The notes below the pieces were generated by a model. That model worked only from the letters and a program-made list of their open reading frames with translations. It searched no databases and was not told where the DNA came from. DNA of 64,000 nt from Vicinamibacteria bacterium (GTDB taxonomy: Bacteria > Acidobacteriota > Vicinamibacteria > Marinacidobacterales > Marinacidobacteraceae). The DNA is taken from NCBI GenBank assembly GCA_963555995.3, contig OY821641.1, forward strand, positions 96,001 through 160,000. The letters run 5' to 3'. Shown here in pieces: positions 26,913-37,351 of this stretch (positions are counted from its first letter, which is position 1; the number at the start of each line of letters is the position of its first letter). A program made the position numbers and the translations under genes.

Positions 26913-27931
26913 GCCGCATCTTCGTGACCCGACCCATCCCCGAAGCCGGCCTCGCCATCCTGCGCGCCGCGGCCGAGGTGGAGGTGGCCCCCACCGCCGA
27001 CGGCGATTCGACCCCCCGGGACCAGGTCCTCGCCGGCGCCCGGAGCGCCGACGTGCACGTCTCGCTGCTGACCGAGGCGGTGGACCGGGAACTCATGGAA
27101 TCCGCGCCGCAGTTGCTCGGGGTCGCCAACTACGCCGTGGGCTTCAACAACGTGGACGTGGCGGCGGCGACCGAACTCGGAGTCCCGGTCACCAACACGC
27201 CCGGCGTCCTCACCGACACGACCGCGGACCTGGCGTGGACCCTGCTGATGTCGGTCGCGCGCCGGGTGGTTCCGGCGGACGCCTACATGCGGGGCGGCCG
27301 GTACCGGATCTGGGGGCCGTCGCTGATGCTGGGCGCCGACATCAGCCCCGGCGGCGACGAGCGCCGGAAGGTGCTCGGGGTCGTGGGGTTCGGCCGCATC
27401 GGCCAGGCGATGCACCGGCGCGCCCAGGGGTTCGACATGGACGTGCTGGCGTTCGATCCGCCGATGAAGGCGATCATCGAGGCCCGCTCCGACGTGGAGT
27501 ACGCCGAGTTCGACGACCTGCTCGCCCGCAGCGACTTCGTCACGATCCACACCGACCTCAATCCCTCGACGCATCACCTCTTCGACGCGGCGGCGTTCGC
27601 CCGGATGAAGAAGAGCGCGATCCTCATCAACAGCGCGCGCGGCCCCGTGGTCCATGAAGCGGCCCTCGTTGATGCCCTCAAGTCCGGCGAGATCGGCGGG
27701 GCGGGACTCGACGTCTTCGAGCACGAGCCGGCGTTCCACCCGGGACTCGCCGAGTGCGACAACGTGGTGATGCTCCCGCACATCGCGAGCGGGAGCGTGG
27801 CGACCCGGGACCGCATGGCCACCATGTGCGCCGAGAACGCGGTGGCCCACCTGAACCGGGAGCGCGCGCCGAACTGCGTGAACCCGGAGGTCTACGAGAC
27901 CGAGGCGTACCGGCGGCGAACTTCCCGCTGA
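26909..27931 (+). CDS. D-2-hydroxyacid dehydrogenase (glyoxylate reductase/D-glycerate dehydrogenase)
   Basis: ANYAVGFNNVD, TNTPGVLTDTTADL, GFGRIG, INSARG, LDVFEHEP, PHIAS. Confidence 0.93.
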   Translation: MSRIFVTRPIPEAGLAILRAAAEVEVAPTADGDSTPRDQVLAGARSADVHVSLLTEAVDRELMESAPQLLGVANYAVGFNNVDVAAATELGVPVTNTPGVLTDTTADLAWTLLMSVARRVVPADAYMRGGRYRIWGPSLMLGADISPGGDERRKVLGVVGFGRIGQAMHRRAQGFDMDVLAFDPPMKAIIEARSDVEYAEFDDLLARSDFVTIHTDLNPSTHHLFDAAAFARMKKSAILINSARGPVVHEAALVDALKSGEIGGAGLDVFEHEPAFHPGLAECDNVVMLPHIASGSVATRDRMATMCAENAVAHLNRERAPNCVNPEVYETEAYRRRTSR

Positions 27932-27983
27932 CCGCCCGGCGCCCCTTCGCCGCCATCGCCGCACGGATGCCTGAGGCCGGGGG

Positions 27984-29486
27984 ATGAGCCAGACCTTCGT
28001 CATCGTCGCCGTCTGCGTCTATCTGGCGGGGCTCCTGTTCCTCGGAGCGGTCGCCTCCACCCGCATCCGGAACGCGACCGACTTCGTGGTCGCGGGCCGC
28101 CGGCTCGGTCTCGGGCTCTGCACGTTCACGCTCTTTGCGACCTGGTTCGGGGGCGGCACGCTGATCGGGGCGGCGGGAGCTTCCTACGCGGGCGGCCTGA
28201 ACGCGGTGGTGGCCGATCCCTTCGGCGCCGCGCTCTGCCTGCTGCTCGCCGGCGCGTTCTACGTGCGGCTGCTCCGCCGCCTCCGCCTCCTCACGGTTCC
28301 CGACTTCTTCCGCCGCCGGTTCGGCCGGCCGGCCGAGATCCTGGCCGCGCTCTCCATCCTCCCGGCCTACATCGGCTGGGTGGGATCGCAGTTGCTGGCG
28401 GTGGGGACGGTGCTTTCCGCGATGGCGGGCCTGCCGTTCGTGGCCAGCATCCTGATCGCCGCCGCCATCGTCCTCGTCTACACGATTCTCGGCGGCATGT
28501 GGGGCGTGACCCTCACCGACTTCTTCCAGGCGCTGGTCCTGATCGCGGCGATCTGCGTGCTGCTGCCGATCGTCCTCGGAGCAGCGGGCGGAATCTCCTC
28601 CGTGCTCGACTCCCTGCCGGAGGGCCGCACCCGTTTCCTGCCGACCGGCGGCCTGCTCGAATGGCTCTTCTTCGTGCAGGCGTGGCTGCTGATCGGGCTC
28701 GGCAACCTTCCCGGCCAGGACCTCATGCAGCGGGCGCTGAGTTCGAAGAGCGAGCGCGTCGCGCAGTGGTCCGCCTACTTCGGCGGTTCGCTCTACCTGG
28801 TGGTCGGCCTGATCCCGGTGGCGCTCGGGATGATCGGTTCGGTGCTGATGCCGGGGCTTCAGAACCCGGAGGAGATCGTGCCGCGTCTCGCCATGGAGTA
28901 CCTGCCGCCGGTGGGACTCGCCCTCTTCCTGGGGGCGCTCTTCTCGGCGCTCATGAGTTCGGCCGACAGCGGGCTGCTGGCGCCGGCGAGCGTCTTCGGG
29001 CAGAACATCGTACGGAACCTGGCTCCCGACCTGAAGCCGAAGGAAGTGCTGGTCGCCGTCCGGGTCGGGGTGGTGATCTTCTGCGGGCTGGCGCTGGCGG
29101 TGGCGCTCTGGTTCCAGAGCGTCTATTCGCTCATGGTCGAGTCCTGGACGGTGATGATGGTGGGTCTTTTCGGGCCGCTCACGCTGGGGATGTACTGGAA
29201 ACGGACGAACGGGCCGGGCTGCGTGAGCGGCATCGTGGCCGGGCTGGTGGTCTGGCTGGGGCTCATCGGGGCCGAACTGGTGTCGGGCGCGGTTGATCCC
29301 GGCAACGTGACGGCGTTGCCGAACGCGCTCATCGCCACTCCCGTTTCCCTGCTGGTGACGGTCGCCGTTTCCCTGTTGACCGCGAAGAGCCACCCGCCGC
29401 GGGCGCTCACCGACCCCTCGGGAGCGCCGATCGAGGCGAAGGGCCGGCTCGGGACGCTGGGACTCCGCCCTCCGGCGTCCGCCTAG
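27984..29486 (+). CDS. Sodium:solute symporter family transporter
   Basis: DFVVAGRRLG, ATWFGGGT, GGMWGVTLTDFFQ, QDLMQRALS, SALMSSADS; multiple TM helices. Confidence 0.92.
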   Translation: MSQTFVIVAVCVYLAGLLFLGAVASTRIRNATDFVVAGRRLGLGLCTFTLFATWFGGGTLIGAAGASYAGGLNAVVADPFGAALCLLLAGAFYVRLLRRLRLLTVPDFFRRRFGRPAEILAALSILPAYIGWVGSQLLAVGTVLSAMAGLPFVASILIAAAIVLVYTILGGMWGVTLTDFFQALVLIAAICVLLPIVLGAAGGISSVLDSLPEGRTRFLPTGGLLEWLFFVQAWLLIGLGNLPGQDLMQRALSSKSERVAQWSAYFGGSLYLVVGLIPVALGMIGSVLMPGLQNPEEIVPRLAMEYLPPVGLALFLGALFSALMSSADSGLLAPASVFGQNIVRNLAPDLKPKEVLVAVRVGVVIFCGLALAVALWFQSVYSLMVESWTVMMVGLFGPLTLGMYWKRTNGPGCVSGIVAGLVVWLGLIGAELVSGAVDPGNVTALPNALIATPVSLLVTVAVSLLTAKSHPPRALTDPSGAPIEAKGRLGTLGLRPPASA

Positions 29487-29499
29487 CAGCCTGCGGCCG

Positions 29500-30144
29500 A
29501 TGGCGTCCGCGCCGCGCTGGCGGGTCGCGGTGACCGCGGCGCACCACGCGGAGGCGCTCGCCGAACTCCAGCGCGTGGTGTTTCCCACGCTGGACCCTGC
29601 GGAACGCTTCGGAGCCGATCACTACCGGCGGCACGTCGAGATCTTTCCGGAGGGCCAGTTCGTCGCCCTGACGAGCGAGGGCAGGCCGATCGCGGCGACC
29701 ACCACGCTGCGGCTGAACCTCGACCTCAGCCGTCCGCAGCACCGCTTCCCCGAGTTCCTGGGGGGACTGTTCCTGACCGCCCACGATCCGGCGGGCGAGT
29801 GGCTCTACGGCGCCGACGTCGGGGTCCATCCGGACTGGCGGCGGCAGGGGATCGCCCGGGCGCTCTACGCGGCCCGGCAAGCCACCGCCCGGAACCTCGG
29901 CCTGCGCGGCCAGATAACCGTCGGCATGCTGAACGGCTACGGGGCGGTCGCGGAGCGGATGAGCGCCGAGGACTACTACGGGCGGCTGGTGGCCGGGGAG
30001 ATCATGGACCCGACGGTCTCCGCGCAGGTGCGGATCGGGTTCCGCCCGGGCGGCCTGATCCCGGACTACGTCCAGGACCCCCGTTGCGCCGGCTACGGCG
30101 TCCTGCTGACCCTCCCCGCGGATCAGCAGGTCTCGTTCCGGTAG
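29500..30144 (+). CDS. GNAT family N-acetyltransferase
   Basis: FPEGQFVA, VGVHPDWRRQGIARALY acetyl-CoA motif, DPTVSAQ. Confidence 0.88.
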   Translation: MASAPRWRVAVTAAHHAEALAELQRVVFPTLDPAERFGADHYRRHVEIFPEGQFVALTSEGRPIAATTTLRLNLDLSRPQHRFPEFLGGLFLTAHDPAGEWLYGADVGVHPDWRRQGIARALYAARQATARNLGLRGQITVGMLNGYGAVAERMSAEDYYGRLVAGEIMDPTVSAQVRIGFRPGGLIPDYVQDPRCAGYGVLLTLPADQQVSFR

Positions 30145-30164
30145 CGAGGCGTCCGGCCCGCCTC

Positions 30165-30416
30165 GGTGCGCCAGCCTCCGGCTGGCATCGCGCGGAAGCG
30201 CGAAACCCGCGCTGATGACGCTCCGCCCCGTGAACGTGGAGCCCACGTTCGCCTCGCTTCGGGCGGCGTGGGCGCCGTTCCCGGTTGGGATCACGCCATG
30301 TCGGTTGGTGGCGATGTGCGTTTCGCCTCCCTGCGGTCGGCGATGCCGGCCGGAGGCCGGCGCTCCGAGCCGACGCGTCCTCCGCGCGGCGGGTGCCGGC
30401 TGAAGCCGGCGTTCCA
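30165..30416. repeat. REP-like cluster (three units, both orientations)
   Basis: GCGCCAGCC-TCC-GGCTGGCA+TCGCGC-GGAA-GCGCGA (+); GGAGCGCCGGCC-TCC-GGCCGGCA (-); TGGAACGCCGGC-TTCA-GCCGGCA (-). Confidence 0.8.
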
Positions 30417-30594
30417 TGCCGGGGGCGCCATGGAGGCTCCGGAGCGGTGGCGGCGCGGGGCCGTCGGTAACATTCGCGCCCTCCCGAACGTAGAGAGAAC
30501 GAACGCCTCGCCAGCCTCTCGTCCGGAGTCCCGGGCTTCCGACCGCGGCGGGAACCTTTCCCCGATGCGCCTCGTAGGCCCTTGATCCAGAACC

Positions 30595-31827
30595 ATGAAT
30601 CCTCCGAAACCTGCTGACCGGCTCGCCGAGCTCAAGATCGGCGAGGAGCAGCGCGGTTCGCGGCCCTTCGCGCTGGTGACCGCGATCATCGGCGGGGTGC
30701 TGGTGGTCGGGGGAGGGGTATCGGCCGTATTCCTGCTGGGTTCGGAGCCGGAGGTGCTCGCGGTCCGCACGGCGCGGGTCCGCTCGATCTCGGTGGACGC
30801 CGGGACCACGGTGCTGAACGCGAGCGGCTACGTCACGGCGCGCCGCCAGGCCACCGTCTCTTCCAAAACCGCGGGTCAGATCACCGAGATCGCCATCGAG
30901 GAGGGCATGGAGGTGGCCGCGGGCCAGGTGCTCGCCCGTCTCGACTCTTCGAACCTGGAGCGGACCCTCCGCCTCGCGGAAGCGCAGACCGCGGCGTCCG
31001 GAAAGGCGGTCCTCGAGGTGGAGGCCCAGCTTGCCGAAGCGCGCCTCCGCCAGGAGCGGACCCGGCGCCTCGTCGAGCAGCAGGTCGCCGGGCAGGCGGA
31101 CCTCGACCAGGTCAACGGCGAAGTCGCCACCCTCGAGGCGCGGGTCGCGCGCCAGCGCGAGGACATCCGCGTCTCGGAGCGGCAGGTGGAGGTCATCCGC
31201 CAGCAGATGGAGGACATGGTGATCCGGGCGCCCTTCGACGGCGTCATCACCGCCAAGAATGCCCAGCCCGGCGAGATGATGTCCCCCATCGCCGGGGGCG
31301 CCGGGTTCACCCGGACCGGGATCGGCACCATCGTGGACATGACCTCGCTGGAGATCGAGGTGGACGTCAACGAGGCGTACATCAACCGGGTGTCGCCGGA
31401 CCAGCCGGTGGACGCCGTCCTCGACTCCTACGACGACTGGACGATCCCGGCGCGGGTGATCGCGATCATCCCGACCGCCGACCGCGACCGGGCCACGGTG
31501 CGGGTGCGGATCGGGTTCGAGGAGCTCGACCCCCGGATCCTGCCGGACATGGGCGTCAAGGTGAGTTTCCGGTCCGCCGAAGCGGAGCCGGAGGAGGCCC
31601 CGGAGGGTCTGCTGGTCGAGGCGGCGGCGGTGTTCCCGGACACCGGCCGGGACCTCGTCTATCTGGTCCGTGACGGGCGGGTCCAGCGCCGCGCCGTGCG
31701 GCTCGGGGACCGGCGCGGGTCCGATGTGTTCGTCCTCTCCGGACTGGTGGAGGGCGACCGGGTCGTCGTGGAGGGTCTCGAAGGCCTCGAGGACGGCGCG
31801 GAAGTAACGGAAGCGGCGGCCCCGTAA
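30595..31827 (+). CDS. Efflux membrane fusion (MacA-like periplasmic adaptor) protein
   Basis: N-terminal TM, LNASGYVTARR, coiled-coil hairpin, IRAPFDG, EVDVNEAYI. Confidence 0.92.
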   Translation: MNPPKPADRLAELKIGEEQRGSRPFALVTAIIGGVLVVGGGVSAVFLLGSEPEVLAVRTARVRSISVDAGTTVLNASGYVTARRQATVSSKTAGQITEIAIEEGMEVAAGQVLARLDSSNLERTLRLAEAQTAASGKAVLEVEAQLAEARLRQERTRRLVEQQVAGQADLDQVNGEVATLEARVARQREDIRVSERQVEVIRQQMEDMVIRAPFDGVITAKNAQPGEMMSPIAGGAGFTRTGIGTIVDMTSLEIEVDVNEAYINRVSPDQPVDAVLDSYDDWTIPARVIAIIPTADRDRATVRVRIGFEELDPRILPDMGVKVSFRSAEAEPEEAPEGLLVEAAAVFPDTGRDLVYLVRDGRVQRRAVRLGDRRGSDVFVLSGLVEGDRVVVEGLEGLEDGAEVTEAAAP

Positions 31828-31848
31828 GTGGGGCAGGGAGACGGTTTC

Positions 31849-32634
31849 ATGAGCGCAAGAGAACCTTCCGCATCGCAGGACGGCAACGCCGCCGGGCTGC
31901 CGGGCGCGACCATGGTGGACGTGCGGGGGGTCAGCCGGACCTTCCGGCGGGGCCGGACCCCGGTGCCGGTCCTGAAGAACCTCAGCCTGAGCATGAAGGG
32001 CGGGGAGTTCCTGGCCCTCATGGGGCCGTCGGGCTCGGGGAAATCCACCCTGCTCAACCTGATCGCGGGGCTCGACCGGCCCACGAGCGGCGAGGTGGTG
32101 GTCGGCGGTGCGGCGATCCACCGCCTCTCCGAGCGGAAGCTCGCCGCCTGGCGGGCGCGGAACATCGGCTTCGTCTTCCAGTTCTCGAACCTGCTGGGAG
32201 CGCTGAGCGCCGAGCGGAACGTGGCGGTGCCGCTGCTGCTGACCTCGTTTTCCGCCCGCGAGCGCCGCCGCCGGGTCGCCATCGCCCTCGAGATCGTCGG
32301 GCTCACGGACCGTGGCAAGCACCGCCCTCGGGAACTCTCGGGCGGCGAGCAGCAGCGGGTCGGCATCGCCCGCGCGCTGGTGAACGATCCGGCGCTCCTC
32401 GTCTGCGACGAGCCGACCGGCGACCTCGACCGCGCCACGAGCGCGGAGATCCTCGACCTGCTGGGGGCGCTGAACCGCGACCACGGCAAGACGATCCTGA
32501 TGGTGACCCACGACCCGGTGGCGGCCGAGCGGGCCTCCCGCACCCTGCACCTCGAGGACGGCCGGCTGGTGGAGTGCGGGCACGACGGGACGATCACGGT
32601 GCCCGTCCACGAACCGGCGGGAGCGGCGGTGTGA
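31849..32634 (+). CDS. ABC transporter ATP-binding protein (MacB/LolD-like)
   Basis: GPSGSGKST, LSGGEQQRV, DEPTGDLD, VTHD. Confidence 0.95.
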   Translation: MSAREPSASQDGNAAGLPGATMVDVRGVSRTFRRGRTPVPVLKNLSLSMKGGEFLALMGPSGSGKSTLLNLIAGLDRPTSGEVVVGGAAIHRLSERKLAAWRARNIGFVFQFSNLLGALSAERNVAVPLLLTSFSARERRRRVAIALEIVGLTDRGKHRPRELSGGEQQRVGIARALVNDPALLVCDEPTGDLDRATSAEILDLLGALNRDHGKTILMVTHDPVAAERASRTLHLEDGRLVECGHDGTITVPVHEPAGAAV

Positions 32635-33791
32635 GCTCGTTCACCCTCATCAGCGCGGCGCTCCGCCGGAAGAAGACGCGCACCTTCCTGACCTTCTCCT
32701 CGGTCGTCTTCGCGTTCCTGATCTTCGGGGTCCTCGCGATGCTCCAGACCGCGTTCTCGATGGGGGTGGACCTCGCCGGCGAGGACCGGCTGGTGGTGCG
32801 CCACCGGGTCTCCCTCTTCCAGTTGCTGCCGCAGTCCTACGAGGCCGACATGGAGGAGATCCCCGGGGTCATTGACGCTGTCCACATGACCTGGTTCGGC
32901 GGGGTGTACCAGGACCCCTCCAACTTCTTCATGCAGTCGCCGGTCGAGCCGGCGGAGTACCTCGACATGTATCCCGAGGTTTCGGTCCCGGAGGAGGCGA
33001 AACTCCGCTGGATCGAGACCCGGAACGGCGCCATCGTCGGGCGGGCGCTCGCCGAACGGCTCGGCTGGGAGGTCGGGGACCGGATTCCCATCCAGCCGAC
33101 GATCTGGCGGCAGGAGGGACGCGGCGACGAAGCCTGGGAATTCGAGATCGTCGGCATCTACAGCAGCGCCGTCGAGGGTTTCGACGAGACCCAGTTCCTG
33201 TTCCGCTACGACTTCTTCGACGAGACGCGCTCCTTCGGCCGGGGCCAGGTCGGGTGGTTCATGGTGCGGATCAACGATCCCGAGCGGGCGCCCGAGATCG
33301 CCGCCGCCATTGACGACGCCTTCCGCAACTCCGCCGCCGAGACCAAGAGCGAATCGGAAGGCGCGTTCGCGGCCGGGTTCGCCAACCAGGTCGGGAACCT
33401 CGGCCTCATCGTGACCTCCATTCTCGCGGCGGTCTTCTTCACCATCCTGCTGGTGGCGGGCAACACGATGGCGCAGTCGGTCCGCGAGCGCATCGGCGAG
33501 ATCGGCCTGCTGAAGGCGCTCGGCTTCACCGGCGCCCGGGTGCAGCGGCTCGTCCTGATGGAGTCGGTGACCCTGGTGACGACCGCGGGGTTCCTGGGGA
33601 TGCTCCTCGCCGTCGGACTCGAACGGGGCTTCCGGCAGGCGCTTGCCGCCTACTTCCCGGGCCTCTACCTGCGTCCCGAAGACCTGGCGCTCGGCCTCGG
33701 CATCGCGGTGGCGACGGGGCTGGTGGTCGGGATCTTCCCGGCGCGGCGGGCGATGCGCCTCGAGACGGCGCTCGCCCTGCGGCGGTTGTAG
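32631..33791 (+). CDS. FtsX-like ABC permease
   Basis: One TM, periplasmic domain, then three TMs; GNTMAQSVRERIGEIGLLKALGF. Confidence 0.92.
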   Translation: MSSFTLISAALRRKKTRTFLTFSSVVFAFLIFGVLAMLQTAFSMGVDLAGEDRLVVRHRVSLFQLLPQSYEADMEEIPGVIDAVHMTWFGGVYQDPSNFFMQSPVEPAEYLDMYPEVSVPEEAKLRWIETRNGAIVGRALAERLGWEVGDRIPIQPTIWRQEGRGDEAWEFEIVGIYSSAVEGFDETQFLFRYDFFDETRSFGRGQVGWFMVRINDPERAPEIAAAIDDAFRNSAAETKSESEGAFAAGFANQVGNLGLIVTSILAAVFFTILLVAGNTMAQSVRERIGEIGLLKALGFTGARVQRLVLMESVTLVTTAGFLGMLLAVGLERGFRQALAAYFPGLYLRPEDLALGLGIAVATGLVVGIFPARRAMRLETALALRRL

Positions 33792-33803
33792 GAGGTCGGC
33801 GCC

Positions 33804-35000
33804 ATGCGACTCGGTTCCTTCATCCGCCAGTGCCAGGCGGTGACCCGTTACAACCTGGAGACCATCTGGGAGCGCCGCGCGGTCTCGGTGGTCGCCATCT
33901 TCGGCATCGCCGGGGTCGTCGGGGTCATGGTCGCGGTGCTCTCCATGGCCGCCGGATTCCGCGCGGTGGTCACCGGGCAGGCCCGCGACGACGTGGCGGT
34001 GGTGCTGCGGACGGGGTCCACCGGGGAGACCGACAGCATCCTCACCCACCAGGACATCCAGGTCCTCTGGGAGGCCCCGGGGGTGGCGCGGGGCCCGGAC
34101 GGCCCGCTCGTCTCGCCCGAGCTCTTCGTCATCATTGACCGCAAGAAGATCGGCGCCGGCACCGACGCGAACGTGCCGCTGCGCGGGGTGGACGCCGCCG
34201 CCTTCCCCCTGCGGGAGCAGTTCGAGATCGTGGAGGGCCGGAACTTCGAGCCGGGCCGCAACGAGGTCATCGTGGGCGACGGCGCGGCCGGAGCCTTCGA
34301 GGGTCTCCTCGTCGGAGACCGGATTGACGTGGGCCGCGCCTCCTGGGAGGTGGTGGGCCGGTTCACCGCCGGCGGCGGCGTCGCCGAGTCGGAGATCTGG
34401 ACCGACAACCGCATCCTCCAGCAGATGTACCAGCGCGGCAACTCCTGGAACCTGGCGCTGGTGCGGCTCACCGATGCCGGGGACTTCGAAGGCTTCGAGC
34501 AGGCGCTCACCGACGATCCCCGGGTGAGCCTCGGCGCCCAGCGCCAGACCACCTACATGGCCGCGCAGTCGGCCCCGATCGAGACGTTCATCTCGGTGAT
34601 GGGTTGGATCATCGTCGCCATGATGTCGGCGGGCGCGGTGTTCGCGGCGCTCAACACCATGTACGCGGCGGTGTCCTCCCGCTCGCGCGAGATCGCCACG
34701 CTGCGCGCGCTCGGGTTCTCCCGGCTGCCGGTGGTCGTCTCGGTGATGATCGAGTCGCTCGTCTTCGGGCTGATCGGCGCGGCGGCCGGCGGCGCGGCCT
34801 CGTGGTTCCTGTTCGACGGCTTCCGGGCGGCGACCATCAACTGGGCTTCGTTCAGCCAGGTGGCCTTCGCCTTCGAGGTGACCCCGGAACTGCTCGTCCA
34901 GGGGACGACGCTGGCCCTCGTCATCGGGGCGATCGGCGGCTTCCTCCCCGCGGTGGGCGCCGCCCGCCGCAGCGTTGTGGGGGCGCTCCGGGAGCAGTAG
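33804..35000 (+). CDS. FtsX-like ABC permease
   Basis: NTMYAAVSSRSREIATLRALGF; same topology as the preceding permease. Confidence 0.92.
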   Translation: MRLGSFIRQCQAVTRYNLETIWERRAVSVVAIFGIAGVVGVMVAVLSMAAGFRAVVTGQARDDVAVVLRTGSTGETDSILTHQDIQVLWEAPGVARGPDGPLVSPELFVIIDRKKIGAGTDANVPLRGVDAAAFPLREQFEIVEGRNFEPGRNEVIVGDGAAGAFEGLLVGDRIDVGRASWEVVGRFTAGGGVAESEIWTDNRILQQMYQRGNSWNLALVRLTDAGDFEGFEQALTDDPRVSLGAQRQTTYMAAQSAPIETFISVMGWIIVAMMSAGAVFAALNTMYAAVSSRSREIATLRALGFSRLPVVVSVMIESLVFGLIGAAAGGAASWFLFDGFRAATINWASFSQVAFAFEVTPELLVQGTTLALVIGAIGGFLPAVGAARRSVVGALREQ

Positions 35001-35058
35001 CAGGGTCCGCACCTTTGCGGAACCGGGGACACCGCGCGACGGCTTGTCGAAGCCGCGC

Positions 35059-35109
35059 CGTGCGCAGCGCGGAGCGCCGCGCGTGCCGGTCTGGAGACCG
35101 GCGTTCCAA
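35059..35109 (-). repeat. REP-like unit between convergent genes
   Basis: Minus strand: GGAACGCCGGTC-TCCA-GACCGGCA-CGCGCGGCGCTCCGCGCTGCGCACG. Confidence 0.8.
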
Positions 35110-35148
35110 GCCGGCGGCGCTATCGGTCGGCGGTCCGGCGCTTCCCGA

Positions 35149-37269
35149 TCAGTTCAGGCCGCGCCGGCGGAGCAGGGGTTCGACCTCCGCGTCCCGGCCG
35201 CGGAAGGTGCGGAAGAGGTCCATCGCCTCGATGCTGCCGCCCTTCGAGAGCAGGGTCTCTCGGAAGTGGTCCCCGTTCTCCCGCAGGAGGCCGTCGTTCT
35301 CCCGGAACCACTCCACGGAATCCGCGTCCAGCACCTCGCTCCAGATGTAGGAGTAGTAGCCGGCGGAGTAGCCGCTGCTCCAGATGTGGGAGAAGTAGGT
35401 GGTGCGGTAGCGCGGCGGCACCGGCGCGAAGGCGATGCCGGCCTCCTCGAGCGCCGCTTCCTCGAACGCGAGCACCCCGTCCGCATCGGGGGTCTCGGAG
35501 GCGCCGAGCTGGTGCCAGGCGAGGTCGAGCAGGGTGGCGGCCAGGTACTCGGTGGTGGCGAAGCCCTGGTTGAAGGTGCGCGCCGCGAGCACCCGGTCGA
35601 GCAGGTCGCCCGGGATCGGCTCGCCGGTCTCGTGGTGGACGGCGTAGTTCCGCAGCACCTCCGGCCAGGTCGCCCACATCTCGTTCACCTGCGAGGGGTA
35701 TTCCACGAAGTCGCGGGGCACGGAGGTTCCGGCGAAGTAGGGATAGCGGACCTTCGAGAAGAGGCCGTGGAGGGCGTGCCCGAACTCGTGGAACAGGGTG
35801 ATGACCTCGTCGAAGGTCAGCAGCGTGGGCTCCCCCTCCGGGGGCTTCGGGACGTTCAGGTGGTTGGCGACCACCGGCTTGGTCGCGAGCAGGCCGGACT
35901 GGGAGACGTAGGCGTTCATCCAGGCGCCGCCGCGCTTCGAGGGCCGGGCGTAGAAGTCGCCGATGAAGAGCCCGAGCGGGGTTCCGTCCTCCTCGAACAC
36001 TTCCCAGATGCGGACGTCGGGGTGATAGACGGGCAGTTCGGGCCGCTCCTCGAAGGTCAGGCCGAAGAGCCGGTTGGCCGCGAAGAAGACCCCGTTCACC
36101 AGCACCCCGTCCATCTCGAAGTAGGGCCGGAGCTCGGACGCGTCGAAGGAGAACCGCTCGGCCCGCAGCTTCTCGGAGTAGTAGGACCAGTCCCAGGCGG
36201 CGATCTCGATGTCCTCACCTTCGGAACGGGCAAGTTCCGCCAGGTCCTCGGCTTCGCGGCGCGCGTTGGCGACCGCCCTCGGGGTGAGACCCGAAAGCCG
36301 TTCGTCCACCGCCTCGATGGTCTGCGCGGTCTGCTCCTCGAGGATGTAGGCGGCGTGGTGCGGGTAGCCGAGCAGCGCGGCGCGCTCGGCGCGGAGGGCG
36401 GCGATCCGTACCACCGCCTCCCGGTTGTCGTGCTCCCCGCCCCGGCTGCCCCGCGCGAGCGAGGTCTTCATGATCCGCTCGCGGAGCGCGCGGTCCTCGA
36501 GCGAGGAGAGGGCGGGCTGACCGCTGGTGTTCAGGAGCGCGATGACGTACGTGCCTTCGAGGTCGCGGGCCTTCGCGGCCTCGGCCGCCGCCGCGATCTC
36601 ACCTTCCGAGAGCCCGGCGAGTTCCTCGGCGGAGTCCACCACCACCGCCGAGGCGTTCACTTCGTCGAGGGTGTTCTCGCTGAAAGCCGCCGAGAGCGAG
36701 GCGAGTTCGGCGTTGATCTCCCGCATCCGGTCCTTCTCCGACTCGGAGAGCAGGGCGCCGGCGCGGCTGAAGTCCCGCCGGTACTGCTCCACGAGGCGCA
36801 CCTCTTCGGGCGAGAGGCCCAGGTTGTTCCGGGACTCGTAGAGCGACTCGACCCGGGCGAAGAGATCGTTGTTCAGGAGGATCTGGTCCGAGTGCGCCGC
36901 CAGCTTCGGCGCCATCTCGGCGCGGATGGCGTTGATCTCGTCGTTGGTGTCCGCCGAGGACAGGCTGAAGAAGACCCGCGCCACCCGGTCGAGCAGCCGG
37001 CCTGACCGTTCGATGGGCACCAGGGTGTTCTCGAAGGTGGCCGGGTCCGCGGACGACGCGATGGCGGCGATCTCCTCGAGTTGCTCGGCCATCCCGCGCT
37101 CGAACGCCGCCCGGTAGTGCCCGTCCTCGATGCGGTCGAAATGGGGCAGCCCGTAGGGCAGCGTGCTCTCGGTGAAGAACGGGTTGTCAGCCACGTCGTC
37201 CTCCGGCGGCGTGCAACCCGCCGCCAGCCACAGGGCCGCCGCGGCGGCCGCAACAAAGCGATTGTTCAT
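35149..37269 (-). CDS. dcp: M3 family metallopeptidase (peptidyl-dipeptidase Dcp), predicted lipoprotein
   Basis: FHEFGHALHG zinc motif, KRGGAWM, RDFVEYPSQVNE, GYSAGYYSYIWSEVLDAD; LAAGC lipobox. Confidence 0.92.
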   Translation of the reverse strand: MNNRFVAAAAAALWLAAGCTPPEDDVADNPFFTESTLPYGLPHFDRIEDGHYRAAFERGMAEQLEEIAAIASSADPATFENTLVPIERSGRLLDRVARVFFSLSSADTNDEINAIRAEMAPKLAAHSDQILLNNDLFARVESLYESRNNLGLSPEEVRLVEQYRRDFSRAGALLSESEKDRMREINAELASLSAAFSENTLDEVNASAVVVDSAEELAGLSEGEIAAAAEAAKARDLEGTYVIALLNTSGQPALSSLEDRALRERIMKTSLARGSRGGEHDNREAVVRIAALRAERAALLGYPHHAAYILEEQTAQTIEAVDERLSGLTPRAVANARREAEDLAELARSEGEDIEIAAWDWSYYSEKLRAERFSFDASELRPYFEMDGVLVNGVFFAANRLFGLTFEERPELPVYHPDVRIWEVFEEDGTPLGLFIGDFYARPSKRGGAWMNAYVSQSGLLATKPVVANHLNVPKPPEGEPTLLTFDEVITLFHEFGHALHGLFSKVRYPYFAGTSVPRDFVEYPSQVNEMWATWPEVLRNYAVHHETGEPIPGDLLDRVLAARTFNQGFATTEYLAATLLDLAWHQLGASETPDADGVLAFEEAALEEAGIAFAPVPPRYRTTYFSHIWSSGYSAGYYSYIWSEVLDADSVEWFRENDGLLRENGDHFRETLLSKGGSIEAMDLFRTFRGRDAEVEPLLRRRGLN

Positions 37270-37351
37270 GATGGGAACTCCCGTCGGCGGCGCCGGCGAA
37301 TCGGGTCCCGCCGGGCTTCCGCAGGTCGCAATTCTGTCGCGGCCGGCGCTG